Source: Macrostomum lignano (Eukaryota). Taken from it: a stretch of DNA of 64,000 nt. Position 1 is the stretch's first letter; each line of letters starts with the position of its first letter. Of this stretch, positions 13,806-25,710 are shown piece after piece. Both the position numbers and the translations under genes were made by a program. Location of the stretch: positions 124,001 through 188,000 of the forward strand of contig NIVC01002097.1 in assembly GCA_002269645.1 (NCBI GenBank). The letters are read 5' to 3'. The notes below the pieces were generated by a model. That model was not told the origin of the DNA and ran no database searches. It saw only the letters and a list, made by a program, of their open reading frames with translations.

Positions 13806-14290
13806 TCACAATCACAGGGCTAAACTGCAGCAGAAGTTTGAACAGGAGTTACCACCAAGTGATGGATTAGAAAAATAGTTCTGACGAGTGCTTAGCTAAT
13901 TTGAAAGTTTTCGCCACTGGATCCGAAGCGGCTATGGGCGGCAGCTCATCCCTGTGGGCTGATGGCCAGTAGATTTTTATACTTTGGCCGCCTAAGCAGA
14001 GGCCAACGCGTCAGCAGCAAAGCAACTTAATCCAACCCCCGCTTTCAGCTCCGAATTCGAGTGTGATTCGCACCCGGCCCCAGCAGGCGCATAAATAATC
14101 ATGCGTGAAGGCCGCCTTTTCAAAGCACCAAACTGCACACTGGCCTCATCCGGTCCGGCTGCTGCCTGTGTGCAGCGCCTGCGGCTGCCGTCTCTCTGCT
14201 TTTAGCCTGCAATTGCCAGCTGTTGGGCGCCCAGCTTTAATAAATATTTGCATGCAGCTGAACACTCGCTTTGCACTGACACCTGTATTT

Positions 14291-14520
14291 GAGTCCTCAG
14301 CTGAGTCCAAACTGTCTTTGAGTCCTCAGCTGAGTCCACACTGTCTTTGAGTCCTCAGCTGAGTCCACACTGTCTTCGAGTCCTCAGCTGAGTCCACACT
14401 GTCTTTGAGTCCTCAGCTGAGTCCACACTGTCTTTGAGTCCTCAGCTGAGTCCACACTGTCTTTGAGTCCTCAGCTGAGTCCACACTGTCTTTGAGTCCT
14501 CAGCTGAGTCCAAACTGTCT
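14291..14520 (+). repeat. 29-bp minisatellite with internal palindrome CTCAGCTGAG
   Basis: Unit gagtcctcagctgagtccacactgtcttt, ~8 copies. Confidence 0.93.
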
Positions 14521-15363
14521 GTGTTTGAGCTATCAGGTGGAGAGACCCAGGCATGCCGATAAACTATACCTTGTCTTTGAGTTTTCATGTAAAACTTTTC
14601 GATGGGTCCACAGTACCTGTCTTTGCATTCTCAGGTACTGCAAAGTGTCTCTTCGTCGAGTCATTTGAATCAATAAGCCCTAAAGTTCTCTTCAGGTTGG
14701 CCCTTAGATCACCATAAGCCTTAATAAGTCATAAATTTAAACAAAGTCATGTGTAAAATTGAACTGCTTAAGTTAAACGAGAGAGTTTTTAAATGAGACG
14801 CAGTGCACAGTTTATTGTAATTTCTTGTAAATGAAATGAAAATGTCTCAGCTACTTGGACGATGCATCAATGCAAATCATGAAGCGATTGAGCAGGCCTG
14901 GCGGACAGCCATGTGTAACAACTGGAGCTCACAGTCCGGCACTGCCGAACTGTTCTCAAGAAAAATGCTATTAGATTTACTAGAAGCAATATATAAGACT
15001 GGACGAGTCAAGATCAAGGATGCGGTATCTGGCGGATGAGGGTGTTAAAAGCTATAGCGTGAGGTCCCTACTAGTTAGTAGTCTCTACAGTGTTTAGTTA
15101 ACAGTTAATAACATAAAAAGCCCTATTATTTAGAAAATCTTGAACCACCACAGACATTATAACAAACTAAAATTAAAACGTGAATTATAACACACGTGCT
15201 GAATACTGCGGATTTTATTCCTGCAAAACACGACTCGAAAGACAACAGACCGGTGCCTGGAATTTTCAAAACAAAAACATCGAGCGTGAAAAATCTGAAT
15301 AAAAATTGGAGCCATCAGAAAACATTGGTGCTTAGAAGTCAAAAGAATTGCCGAGATTGATTA

Positions 15364-15577
15364 TGTGTACAAACTGCAATAAAACAAGCCGATATTCTAT
15401 TGGCTGTGTACAGACTGCAATAAAACAAGCCGAGATTCTATTGGCTGTGCACAAACTGCAATAAAACAAGCCGAGTTTCTATTGGCTGTGTACAAACTGC
15501 AATAAAACAAGCCGAGATTCCATTGGCTGTGTACAAACTGCAATAAAACAAGCCGAGATTCCATTGGTTGTGTACAC
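15364..15577 (+). repeat. 41-bp tandem repeat (~5 copies)
   Basis: Unit gtgtacaaactgcaataaaacaagccgagattctattggct. Confidence 0.9.
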
Positions 15578-15771
15578 ACATAATAGTTACAACATCAGAT
15601 CAAAAACAAGACAAAAAATTCTCTACTGCAGACATAATTGGAACAGTAAAAATAGGTAGTAGGGCGGTTGAATCGCAGAAAAAAGCAGATTTTCTCTAGC
15701 ATCAAAGCAAAAAGACTATGAAAAGAATAGTAAAAAATTTTAAACTTTCTTAAACACTGAGGCTCTAATTT

Positions 15772-16430
15772 ACCCTGAAGGATTAAGATTCACCTGAAGC
15801 ATCATTGTTCTGCATGGAAGGATCAACAATCCCCCTGAAGGATAAACAATCACCCTGAAGGATCAACAATCCCCCTGAATGATCAACAATCCCCCTGAAT
15901 GATCAACAATGCCCCTGAAAAATCAAAAATCGCCCTGAAGGATCAACAATCCCCCTGAAGGATCAACAATCCCCCTGAATGATCAACAATCCCCCTGAAT
16001 GATCAACAATGCCCCTGAAAAATCAAAAATCGCCCTGAAGGATCAACAATCCCCCTGAATAATCAACAATCGCCCTGAAGGATCAACAATCCCCCTGAAT
16101 AATCAACAATCCCCCTGAATAATCAACAATCCCCTGAATAATCAACAATCTCCCTGAATGATCAACAATCCCCTGAATAATCAACAATCCCCCTGAATAA
16201 TCAACAATCTCCCTGAATGATAAACAATGCCCCTAAATAATCAACAATGTCCCTGAATGATAAACAATGCCCTGAATAATCAACAATCTCCCTGAATGAT
16301 CAACAATGCCCCTGAATAATCAACAATCGCCCCTGAAGGATCAACAATCCCCCTGAATAATCAACATCCCCCTAAAGGATCAACAATTCCCCTGAATAAT
16401 CAACAATCGCCCCGAAGAATCAACATCCTA
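15772..16430 (+). repeat. ~21-bp degenerate minisatellite
   Basis: Unit ~ccctgaaggatcaacaatccc. Confidence 0.9.
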
Positions 16431-16592
16431 TGCATGATCCCGGTTAGTCAGCTGATTATCATGGACAATTTGGGATTTAAAGCCAATGGACATTCTGAGA
16501 TCAAAAAATCCCCCTGAGACTCGTATGACATGACAACATGACAAGAATGAGACTTGAATTCGCAAGTTCGAATTCCCCTATGCGCCCCGAAC

Positions 16593-19500
16593 TCAGCGCT
16601 CGCTGAACTTGCTGTTGAGCCTGACGGACTGCCGGCAGCCCAGCAGGGCGCACAGGATGACCAGCAGGCCGGCCAGCTGGAAGCTCAGGTTGAAGTCCAG
16701 CGGGTAGTCTAGGCCAGAGTCGATGCTGGAGGCGAACAGGCTGCCCGACAGCAGCGGGCCCAGCAGGCGGCCCAGGGAGCTCCAGGCCATCGACATGCCG
16801 TTCATGGAGCCGACAAGCTCGACTGGGACCGAGTTGTTCACCATCAGGGCGGTGCAGGAGAAGGAGGTCAGGATGGACTGGCTCAACAGGCACAGCAGCG
16901 TGATGCACAGAGTCCACACCAGGGCCGGCCTGGCGGCGGGGAGTTCGGGTGTACATTGGTGACCTGGAGAGTAGACTGCTGACCTGGGGAGTAGACTGCT
17001 GACCTGGGGAGTAGGCTGGTGACCTGGGGAGTAGACTGGTGACCTGGGGAGTAGGCTGGTGACCTGGGGAGTAGACTGGTGACCTGGGGAGTAGACTGGT
17101 GACCTAGAGAGTAGAGTGGTGACCTGGAGAGTAGACTGGTGACCTGGGGAGTAGGCTGGTGACCTGGAGAGTAGACTGGTGACCTGGGGAGTAGACTGGT
17201 GACCTGGGGAGTAGACTGGTGACCTGGGGAGTAGACTGCTGACCTGGGGATAGACTGGTGACCTGGAGAGTAGACTGCTGACCTGGGGAGTAGGCTGGTG
17301 ACCTGGGGAGTAGACTGGTGACCTGGAGAGTAGACTGGTGACCTGGGAAGTAGACTGGTGAGTAGACTACTGACCTATTTCAAAATTGAAATAATGCATG
17401 CAAAACTTACGTGTGCAGAGCATAGTGGGCCAATGGCAGGGTGGCGGAGCAGACCAGAGTCAGCATCAGAGTGTGCATGAACAGCTGTGAATAGGTTGGT
17501 ATGGAATTTTTTTCATTTTCATGCACATCGCCGTTTTTAATGATAACTAGTAAAAAAGCCAAAGATGCTACTATGCAGTCTATCAGTTCAGTAGTGTACC
17601 CTGCACATGGATTCGTCACTCACCCTAGTAGCCCCGAGTCGCCGCTCCAGCAGAGGGAACACAATTGGCTGGAACACGAACAGAGAGACGGCCGAAATGC
17701 TGAGCAGGGTGGCCAGGTTTTGAGCACTGAATCCGAGGCCGCCGTAGTATGAGCTGGTGGGAATCCAAACGATCACCAAGGTGTTCAGGTAAACTGAGCA
17801 CATTGACTGAAGGAAGTATTGCGCTGCGGGGGCGAGAGGGGCAGGTGTGTCAGTGCATGATCAGCTGGTTAAGGGGGTTGACAGGATGCTTCAGTGATAG
17901 GGGGAGCTGACAAGATTATTTCAGAATCGGAGGGAGCTGACAAGGTTATTTCAGAATCGGAGGGAGCTGACAAGGTTATTTCAGAATCGGAGGGAGCTGA
18001 CAAGGTTAGTTCAGAATCGGAGGGAGCTGACAAGGTTATTTCAGAATCGGAGGGAGCTGACAAGGTTATTTCAGAATCGGAGGGAGCTGACAAGGTTAGT
18101 TCAGAATCGGAGGGAGCTGACAAGGTTAGTTCAGAATCGGAGGGAGCTGACAAGGTTAGTTCAGAATCGGAGGGACAAACAGATAGACGCTGAGCAGCGC
18201 ACTGCGGTGGTGGCCACGCCAAGCAGATGCTCACTCATGACTTTGATGCACTCGCAGTTGAGCAAAATCCGCCCCAGGTTGCTGGCCCGCATTCGCTCCA
18301 GAAACGACTGTCCGCCCTTGGCAGCGGCTTTTTCGTCAGCCGGTTTTGCGGCCTCCTCGGCGGCCGCGGCGTCGGGAGCTTCGGCGGCTGTCAGGACGAG
18401 GCAGTTCTCGGCCGATACGGCAGCCAGTAGCGCGACAGAGCGGCTGACGGAACCGGCGTGGGCCGCGGCTCGGGCAGGCCTGGACTGCACGCTGGGCAGA
18501 GAGCGGAACGCCTGCGGAGCGAGTTTGATGGCGATCGGCAATCAGGGCGATTCGGGGGCCGATTTCTGGCGCTTCATGGGGATTTGGGGCCGATTTCTGG
18601 CGCTCCATGGGGATTTGGAGCCGATTTCTGGCGCTCCATGGGGATTTGGAGCCGATTTCTGGCGCTCCATGGGGATTTGGGGCCGATTTCTGGCGCTCCA
18701 TGGGGATTTGGAGCCGATTTCTGGCGCTCCATGGGGATTTGGGGCCGATTTCTGGCGCTCCATGGGGATTTGGAGCCGATTTCTGGCGCTCCATGGGGAT
18801 TTGGGGCCGATTTCTGGCGCTCCATGGGGATTTGGAGCCGATTTCTGGCGCTCCATGGGGATTTGGGGCCGATTTCTGGCGCTCCATGGGGATTTGGGGC
18901 CGATTTCTGGCGCTCCATGGGGATTTGGAGCCGATTTCTGGCGCTCCATGGGGATTTGGGGCCGATTTCTGGCGCTCCATGGGGATTTGGGGCCGATTTC
19001 TGGCGCTCCATGGGGATTAGGGGCCGATTTCTGGCGCTCCATGGGGATTTGGGGCCGATTTCTGGCGCTTCATGGGGATTTGGGGCCGATTTCTGGCGCT
19101 TCATGGGGATTTGGGGCCGATTTCTGGCGCTCCATGGGGATTTGGGGCCGATTTCTTGCGCTCCATGGGGATTTGGGGCCGATTTCTTGCGCTTCAGGGT
19201 GATTCGGGGGGCGATTCGGCAGCGGGAGTTCGGGTCAAAGCCTGGGCCGATCCCGAGAATTCAGCGAAGGCCGGCTCACCTCAGCGGACGCGTCTCCGTT
19301 TTCAACTTGGCGACGGCTCTCCTTGCCGGCGCTTGGCGATCCGCCAGACTCGCCCAGCGGCCCGCCTGCTGAGGCCCAGCGCCGCCACAGCCGGTCCTCC
19401 CCCTCAGTCGGAGCCTCCACCAAGATCAAAGGCGCCGCCGCCGCAGTTGCCACTGGCTTCTCAATTTCGTCCAGATCGATGGAAATTCCCGCCCGCTTTG

Positions 19501-20835
19501 GCTCCTTCAGCAGCCAGCAGGACAGCAGCAGGATGGCCCCGGCGATGGCGGACAGAGCGATGGATGGTACCAGGTAGGGGAAGGTGGGCACGGCCCTGTA
19601 CTTGGCCAGGAAGCCGCCCAGCATCGGGCCGATGAGGGAGCCGAGGCCCCAGCTGAGCGACAGGCTGGCGATGCCGTAGCTCTGGTTGCTGCTGTCGCTG
19701 ATGTCGTAGATCTGCGCCTTGCCGACAATCACCACACCGTTGACGAGGCCCGTGACGAGTCCGACGGCCGAGGCGAATCCGAAAGAACGGGAGAAGCCGA
19801 AGGCCAGCGTGCACAGCGACACAAGCAGCAGGGAGGTGAGTAGGGTGGGCCGGCGGCCGAACCGGTCAGACAGGTAGCCCCAAGCGTACCTGAGCGGTTG
19901 GGGGTGGGGGATTCGTGCGGGTTATGCGGACTGTTGACTGTGCTGCGTTCGGCTTTTTACTCTTTCAGAGGTTCCAGACTCGAGTCCTCGGAAAGTGAAT
20001 TTGCTTTTGTGGCCTCTGACACTGCAGCAGTTATCTTAGATGCATTAATGCCATATTCATGACAGCATGCTCGGAATGACACGTGGACAGTCTTTGATTG
20101 CAACGGAACGGAACTCGAACCGTATTTTAAGCCGGTCTTTACAGCTTATGAGGCTCAATGAAGGATTGATTGCTCAGGAGCAGTAACGCCCATTTGAAGG
20201 ACTATGATCATAGGAGGTGAACACTAAGGAAACTGTAAGGTACACTGAGAAGTACCATCGATCTAAAGCTGGGAGGCCCCACACTCATGCAGAAATGTGT
20301 ATCTGTAAATATATAAATATCTAACGGGTGTCCCAAAAATGAAAGGGGGTCGAATTTTAAGTTGTAAAAAGTTATTGGCGTCACTGTAGTAGCCAGCAGC
20401 AATTTGCCAGGATTTTTAGTACCAAAATGCAATTGAAATCACAAATTCGGGGTCTAAAATGTAAATGCGACCCTGAGCCGGTCACTCCACGACAGACCGG
20501 TGGCCAAAGTGACGCGAATAAAAAAAACAAAATATCAGCCTCGCAGCATTCTGACGATTCATGTTGCATTTCACTACTGCAACCTGTGCACGCCCACGAG
20601 AATGCAGCGGCCGGGGTTTTCTGTATCAAACAGCCCAGCTGCGGACTTAGACAGGCATCGCAAGATTAATCTGCGCCAGGCGTGCCGCCAGAGAGTTCAG
20701 GTGAAGGTGACAAGGAGGGCGGGCAGCCCTGTGTTACGGTGCGGCGACTTACGATGAAATCAGGCGGCCCAGATGAAACGAGGCGGCCACAAAGCCCACG
20801 TAGAAGCCCGCGTCCGCCTCCTGGTAGCCAAAGCT
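16593..20835 (-). CDS. Major facilitator superfamily transporter, ZIFL1/ZIF-like; exons 20835-20753, 19889-19280, 18511-18235, 17823-17624, 17484-17411, 16929-16593 (first exon not located)
   Basis: Spliced phases are consistent. Contains AGFYVGFVAASFHLGRLISSYAWGYLSDRFGRRP (MFS motif A), SLSWGLGSLIGPMLGGFLA, YYGGLGFS and GRLLGPLLSGSLFA. Confidence 0.88.
16958..17375 (+). repeat. 20-bp intronic minisatellite
   Basis: Unit gacctggggagtagactggt. Confidence 0.95.
17905..18175 (+). repeat. 30-bp intronic minisatellite
   Basis: Unit ggagggagctgacaaggttatttcagaatc, ~9 copies. Confidence 0.95.
18545..19200 (+). repeat. ~31-bp intronic minisatellite
   Basis: Unit gatttggggccgatttctggcgctccatggg; the overlapping long ORFs in the track are artefacts of this array. 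Confidence 0.95.
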
Positions 20836-22779
20836 CTGCAATTCGGGTGGCGCAAATTTAAACAAAACTTTTCCTGTTGTTTCATTTGGTGTTTTATAAG
20901 AAAGCGACTTATTCAGGAACTTTCTTCTTTTCGAATTCTTACCACGACCATCTCCTTTAGAAAGGGCTGATAAAATGATATGCAAGCGGCCGAGCCCGTC
21001 TGAAAATTGAAAGCAACTGGCATTGTGAGAGCATGACTGCAGTTCTGGGCATCACTGCAGACTAGTTAATAAAGTCAATTTGAGATTGTTCAGGATTAAG
21101 AGAACAAATATTTTTTAAAATTTACCATCAGGATAAACAAGACAAAGAGCTGTCCCCATGGTGGTGGCGTCACACCCTCTTGCACAATGGAAAACCTGCC
21201 CTCAGCATTAAAGCATGGGCAGTTCCGTCTGCTGTTAGTCATTGCTCATTTGAATGCTAACAGAAAATAAGCTGAAAGAATTCAAATTTGGTGCTATTAG
21301 TCCCATAGTATAACAAAGCATTTCATTACTGATAACAGTATTGAAATTTGTATTATATTATAATTTTAAGATTAATCAAAAATTAAATTGAAAGCCATGA
21401 ACAATAAAAAAATAATTCAAAACAAAAAACAAAAAACACTAATAACAAAACAAAATCCAGTCAAATTTACATAAAAGCTACCCAGTTTTGTTCCAGGCAC
21501 TATGATAATTGAATGTGTTATATACAGAAAGCTAAAATGCCCTGCCTTGTCTCTACCTAAATGACATATATAACTAAGAGTATATAAAAGCTAGCAATAG
21601 CAAAAGCTATTTTATCTTCTATAGCAATTCATTATAGCAAATACAGCCTGAAATACAATAAGATTTAAGATATTAATTTAAAAATAAGTGTGAATAAACA
21701 ATAAGCTATATAAAAAGTTGAATATCAAATATTTAGTAATTCATATCACTCACTTGTTTGTTAGCTATTTATATCACTATAATTTAATGAAGCAAACTAG
21801 TTGAAAAGATATAAATCTATGTTTTTACAGTCTAAACAGTGAAACATCATTAAGATTACTATGCATGTGATACTACAGCTTTTTATTCATATTACAAAAT
21901 ATAAAATAAAAAGTTTTGATAGAATATTAATTTATTATCAATGCTGCTACAAATTTACAGAAGCAAAATTAGAAATAAATCTAATAAACTGACTAAAGGT
22001 ATGGATATCGAAACGAACATTTAAGATGGAAGTATAACTATTGGAGCTTGAATTTTATCAAACCTATGTAAAAATGGTTTAGCCATAATATGCAACAGAC
22101 GAATACTATTAATTATAAAATCTTTGGAAAAGTACTCAATAGGCTTAAAATACATTCTATTTAAAAGGTCGTGTTTATACTTGTCACGAAATCTATTAAG
22201 GCTTAGAACGCACTGTCTTAATGCTTTTATTAGATTTAACGTTAAGCTATTGGTTAAACAAGATTAGAAATGTTTTACTTTATTATTTTTATACAGCTTA
22301 AAATATTGTTGTTTTAACTTACTAAACAATTATTTTAATGAAATGTAATCGGTTTCAAAACTGATCCAAAGCGTATTAGTTAAACATTATCCTATTTAAC
22401 CATTCACTACACAGCTATATTAAAATATAAGATAAGAGTGTAACATGTGCGTTCTAAATAAAAAGAATGGTGGTCTTCTCTTCACTACCATAGATCAATA
22501 AATGCAGTCATTGATTTTGTGATGATTTTTTCCTGTCTCCACAGTGTATTTTTTTCCAGGAAATCGACCTCTGAAAAATTTAAACCTTTGAGTTTTATGT
22601 CCTGTTATATACAGTGGTCCTTGCTATATATAATGTAACGTATGAATAGTACATATTGTACATGTATACACAGAAGAGTTACATGTAGGCACCAATAAGC
22701 AAACTGAACTACTGAAGTCGAGCCAGGCGGACGGTGGAATTAAAGAAAGAGCAGTTCGCAACAGACACAAAAGACATTG

Positions 22780-25710
22780 TCAGCCAGTCAAGCGTGGGAC
22801 AATGTCACAGGGCGCGTTTCAGGGCCTGGACACTAATGTAGGCCGCACCGCCGGCAGTGTCGGAAGCGCCGGCGTCAGCCAGCAAACAGTCGATGTCGAT
22901 GAAACGCCGAGTGCGCGCCTGCCCCCGCCAGTAGGGTGTCTGCAGCGTCAGCAGCAGTACCTTCTGCACCGACTGCATGTGGACAGTACGACCCGGCTCG
23001 GATAATATGACCTGCAGCTGGAGTCGCCGACGGCGCAACAGTTCGCTGGGACGGAACAGGCCGGTGAGGCGATAGAGTGCTGCATTGGTGACTCGCTCGT
23101 AGCCGATCTTGAAGGCGGCGCGCAGCAGGCCAGCGTGTGCGCATCAATCGACTTGCTGTTCGAGCAAAATCCGGCCGTCAGCGTCCAGGTCTCGGCGTTG
23201 TACAACAGGACGGTGTCGATCACCGCCTGGAACAACCACCCTCTGGCGGTCAGGCAGGGCCTCGGACTGCAGGACAGCCCTTACGAAGCGAAAGGCAGCT
23301 CAGGCAAGTCCTCCGCGGTGACGTCGCAGATCCTCGCGAACGTCAGGCACTAGACCGCCGAACTGCTGACAACGCGGAAGCCTCGTCCCCTACGTTTCGG
23401 CAGAAAATATATAGCAGCCCCGATGTCGTCCGGCACGCAGAGCACGACGGTCTTCTGCGTGTTGACCACCAGGCCAATGCTCGCCGCAACACTTACCAGC
23501 CGGTCCAGCTGGCGTTGGGTGCCTTCGACGGTCGAAGACAGCAGGGCGAGATCGTCGGCTTAGCCAAGCACACTGAGCCGCCTTTCCGGTTGGCGTCGAC
23601 CCACGTGTCGCTGCAGCAGGAAGCCGTCGTCGTTTGAAGGGAGAGCAGTCCGCAGCACCCAGTCAAGCACCAGGACGAACAGGAACGGCGCAATCGTATC
23701 TCCCTGAAGCACCCCAGAGGATGTCTCAAAGAAATTTGATAGGCCGTCCGGTGTTAGCACAGCAGCGTTCGTGCCATGATACGAGCTACAGCGCCATGAC
23801 GGCGGAAATCAGCTGCTCTGGCACGTTATACGGACGAAGCACCATTGGCACGAAGCGCCACTCGGCCCTCACCACCGAGTCGTAAGCCTTCCTGAAGTCA
23901 ATAAAAAGAGCAATCAGGCTCGACTGACGGGTCTGCGCTTCCTCGATGACTCGGCGAAGAGCCAGGATCTGCGCCACAGTGCCGCGATGGGGCCGGAACC
24001 CGTTCTGCTCAGGTTGCAAATGCGGATCCAGCACGGGCTGCAACCGGGATAGCAGCATCCGGTTTAACAGCTCAAGGACCACTGTATATAGCTATATACA
24101 GTGGTCCTTGGAACAGCTTCGCAGCGCAGGACTGCAGGCAGATACCTGGGTGCTCTTCAAGCCGTGTGGTGCCCGGCTTCTTCGGAATAGCGACGATGTG
24201 CGCCGCGTGGTCCATTCGTTGGCTGCCGCATCACCGAAGAGCACGCGATTTATCACACTGGCGACCTCGCTGGCCACACAGTGGAGTCGCAGCGCCGCGT
24301 TCGGACCCAGCGCTTTGCCGCCCAGAGTCCTCAGGGCGAGCAATCACAACGTCGGCTGTGCTGGCTGGTGCTACATTGAAACTCTCCTCTGCCGGCAACG
24401 GCGCCCCCCGCGGCAGCCTCAGATCGTTTGGCAGCGGGGGCGGCGGCGCGTTGACAATGGCGGCGAAGAACTCGAGCAGCTCATTCTGCTCTCATCCGGA
24501 GTGTCACCAGCCAGGTTGAGCTGGATGCGCCGCTTCCGCTCGGTCAGAGAGTTGATGGCGGCGAAGGCCACGCGCCCTTTAGTGTCGAGTCCAGCGGCGG
24601 TGACGGCCTGGATGGCGTCGTCAACAGCGGCCTGTTGCCGCTGCAGGTAGACAGCCACCAGAGCCTCCTCCGCTGCTCCTCCTCCGCAGGAGTTGGCTGT
24701 CTGCTCAGACGGAGCCGATCTCCAGCTTCCTCGCTTGCAGAATCCCAGGGTCGTACTGCCAGACCGGCTGCCTATGTTGGGCCGGTTGCATCAGCGGAAC
24801 TGTTTGCTTCGCCGCGGCTCTAACCGCGGAACTTACCTCCGTGTACTCGGCGCGCCCGCACCTGTAGCCAAGCGCGCTGACGAAGGAGCTAGCGAAATGG
24901 TAAATATGCGTCTACTTGAGAGCACGTTTGTAGCGCCGCGGTGGGCGCTTCTGTGGACGGTAAAGCGGACCGTGTACAAGCAGGTCGCAGACGAGGAGCC
25001 GATGGTCGGACCGCAGAGCCAGCGGCGTGATGGTGGGGCAGTTTACAGTACGGCGGCGCTTACGGAGACGCAAGCACGTGATCGAGCTGTGCCTGCCTCC
25101 GCCGGCCGTACCGGCCGCGCGCATTCCTCCGCCACCGCTTGCAGCTCACGAAGGTCGCGAGCCTGCCGGGTGGCTTGCGGAAGCAGGTGTTGGCCAAAAA
25201 TCATATCCTGACTCTCTAAGAAGTCCTCCAGCGCTCCGGTGTTGCTGTTCTCGCGCGGTGTCACAAACAGCGACCGCTCGGATCTACACAAAACCGCGTT
25301 CAGGTCTCCGAGGACCACTGTGTCACGCTGCGCGTCTCCTCCACCTACGCCGAGAGCTGCTCGAAGAAGACTTGAGCCTCGTCAGGTCGGGTGGCAGGAG
25401 GCGCATACGCGCAGATCAGCCGAGCGTTCCAGAAGTCGATCCGAAGCAGTCGGTCAGACAGGGAGATGCAGCGACAGCTCTGCTGCAGCCTCGTTCCAAC
25501 CAGCGCTTTAACTCCTCCATGGCCTCGTTGGTCCGCCGAAGTGTACCAGAGAGTCCAACTGGCGCCCAGGTCCTTACAATGAATTCCCGGGTCGGCCCTG
25601 ATGGACGCCTCTTGCAGCGAGATGACATCGCATCTTAGATCGAGCGCTAGCTGCGCATTCCTCTCACCCTTGCCTTGAGAGTGCGGCAGTTCAGCGTCCC
25701 GATGATGTGT
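22780..25710 (-). mobile_element. Decayed near full-length RTE-like LINE (APE + RT)
   Basis: APE motifs IIGTLNCRTL, DVISLQE, VLGDLNA and SDHRLL. RT motifs EQNGFRPHR, FIDFRKAYDSV and GVLQGDTIAPFLF, with the YADD box mutated to G*ADD (TAA at 23560-23562). Multiple frameshifts. Confidence 0.9.
24073..24110. mobile_element. 38-bp perfect palindrome with 8-bp TSD inside the LINE RT (P-element-like remnant/footprint)
   Basis: CAAGGACCACTGTATATAG|CTATATACAGTGGTCCTTG flanked by TAACAGCT (24065-24072) and GAACAGCT (24111-24118). Removing it plus one TSD copy restores RT ...AAKL(L/F)NRMLL. Confidence 0.8.

Noticed and set aside
18161-19372. Multiple 130-330-aa repetitive ORFs
   Set aside because: Products of the 31-bp intronic array; only 18511-18235 and 19889-19280 are real MFS exons.
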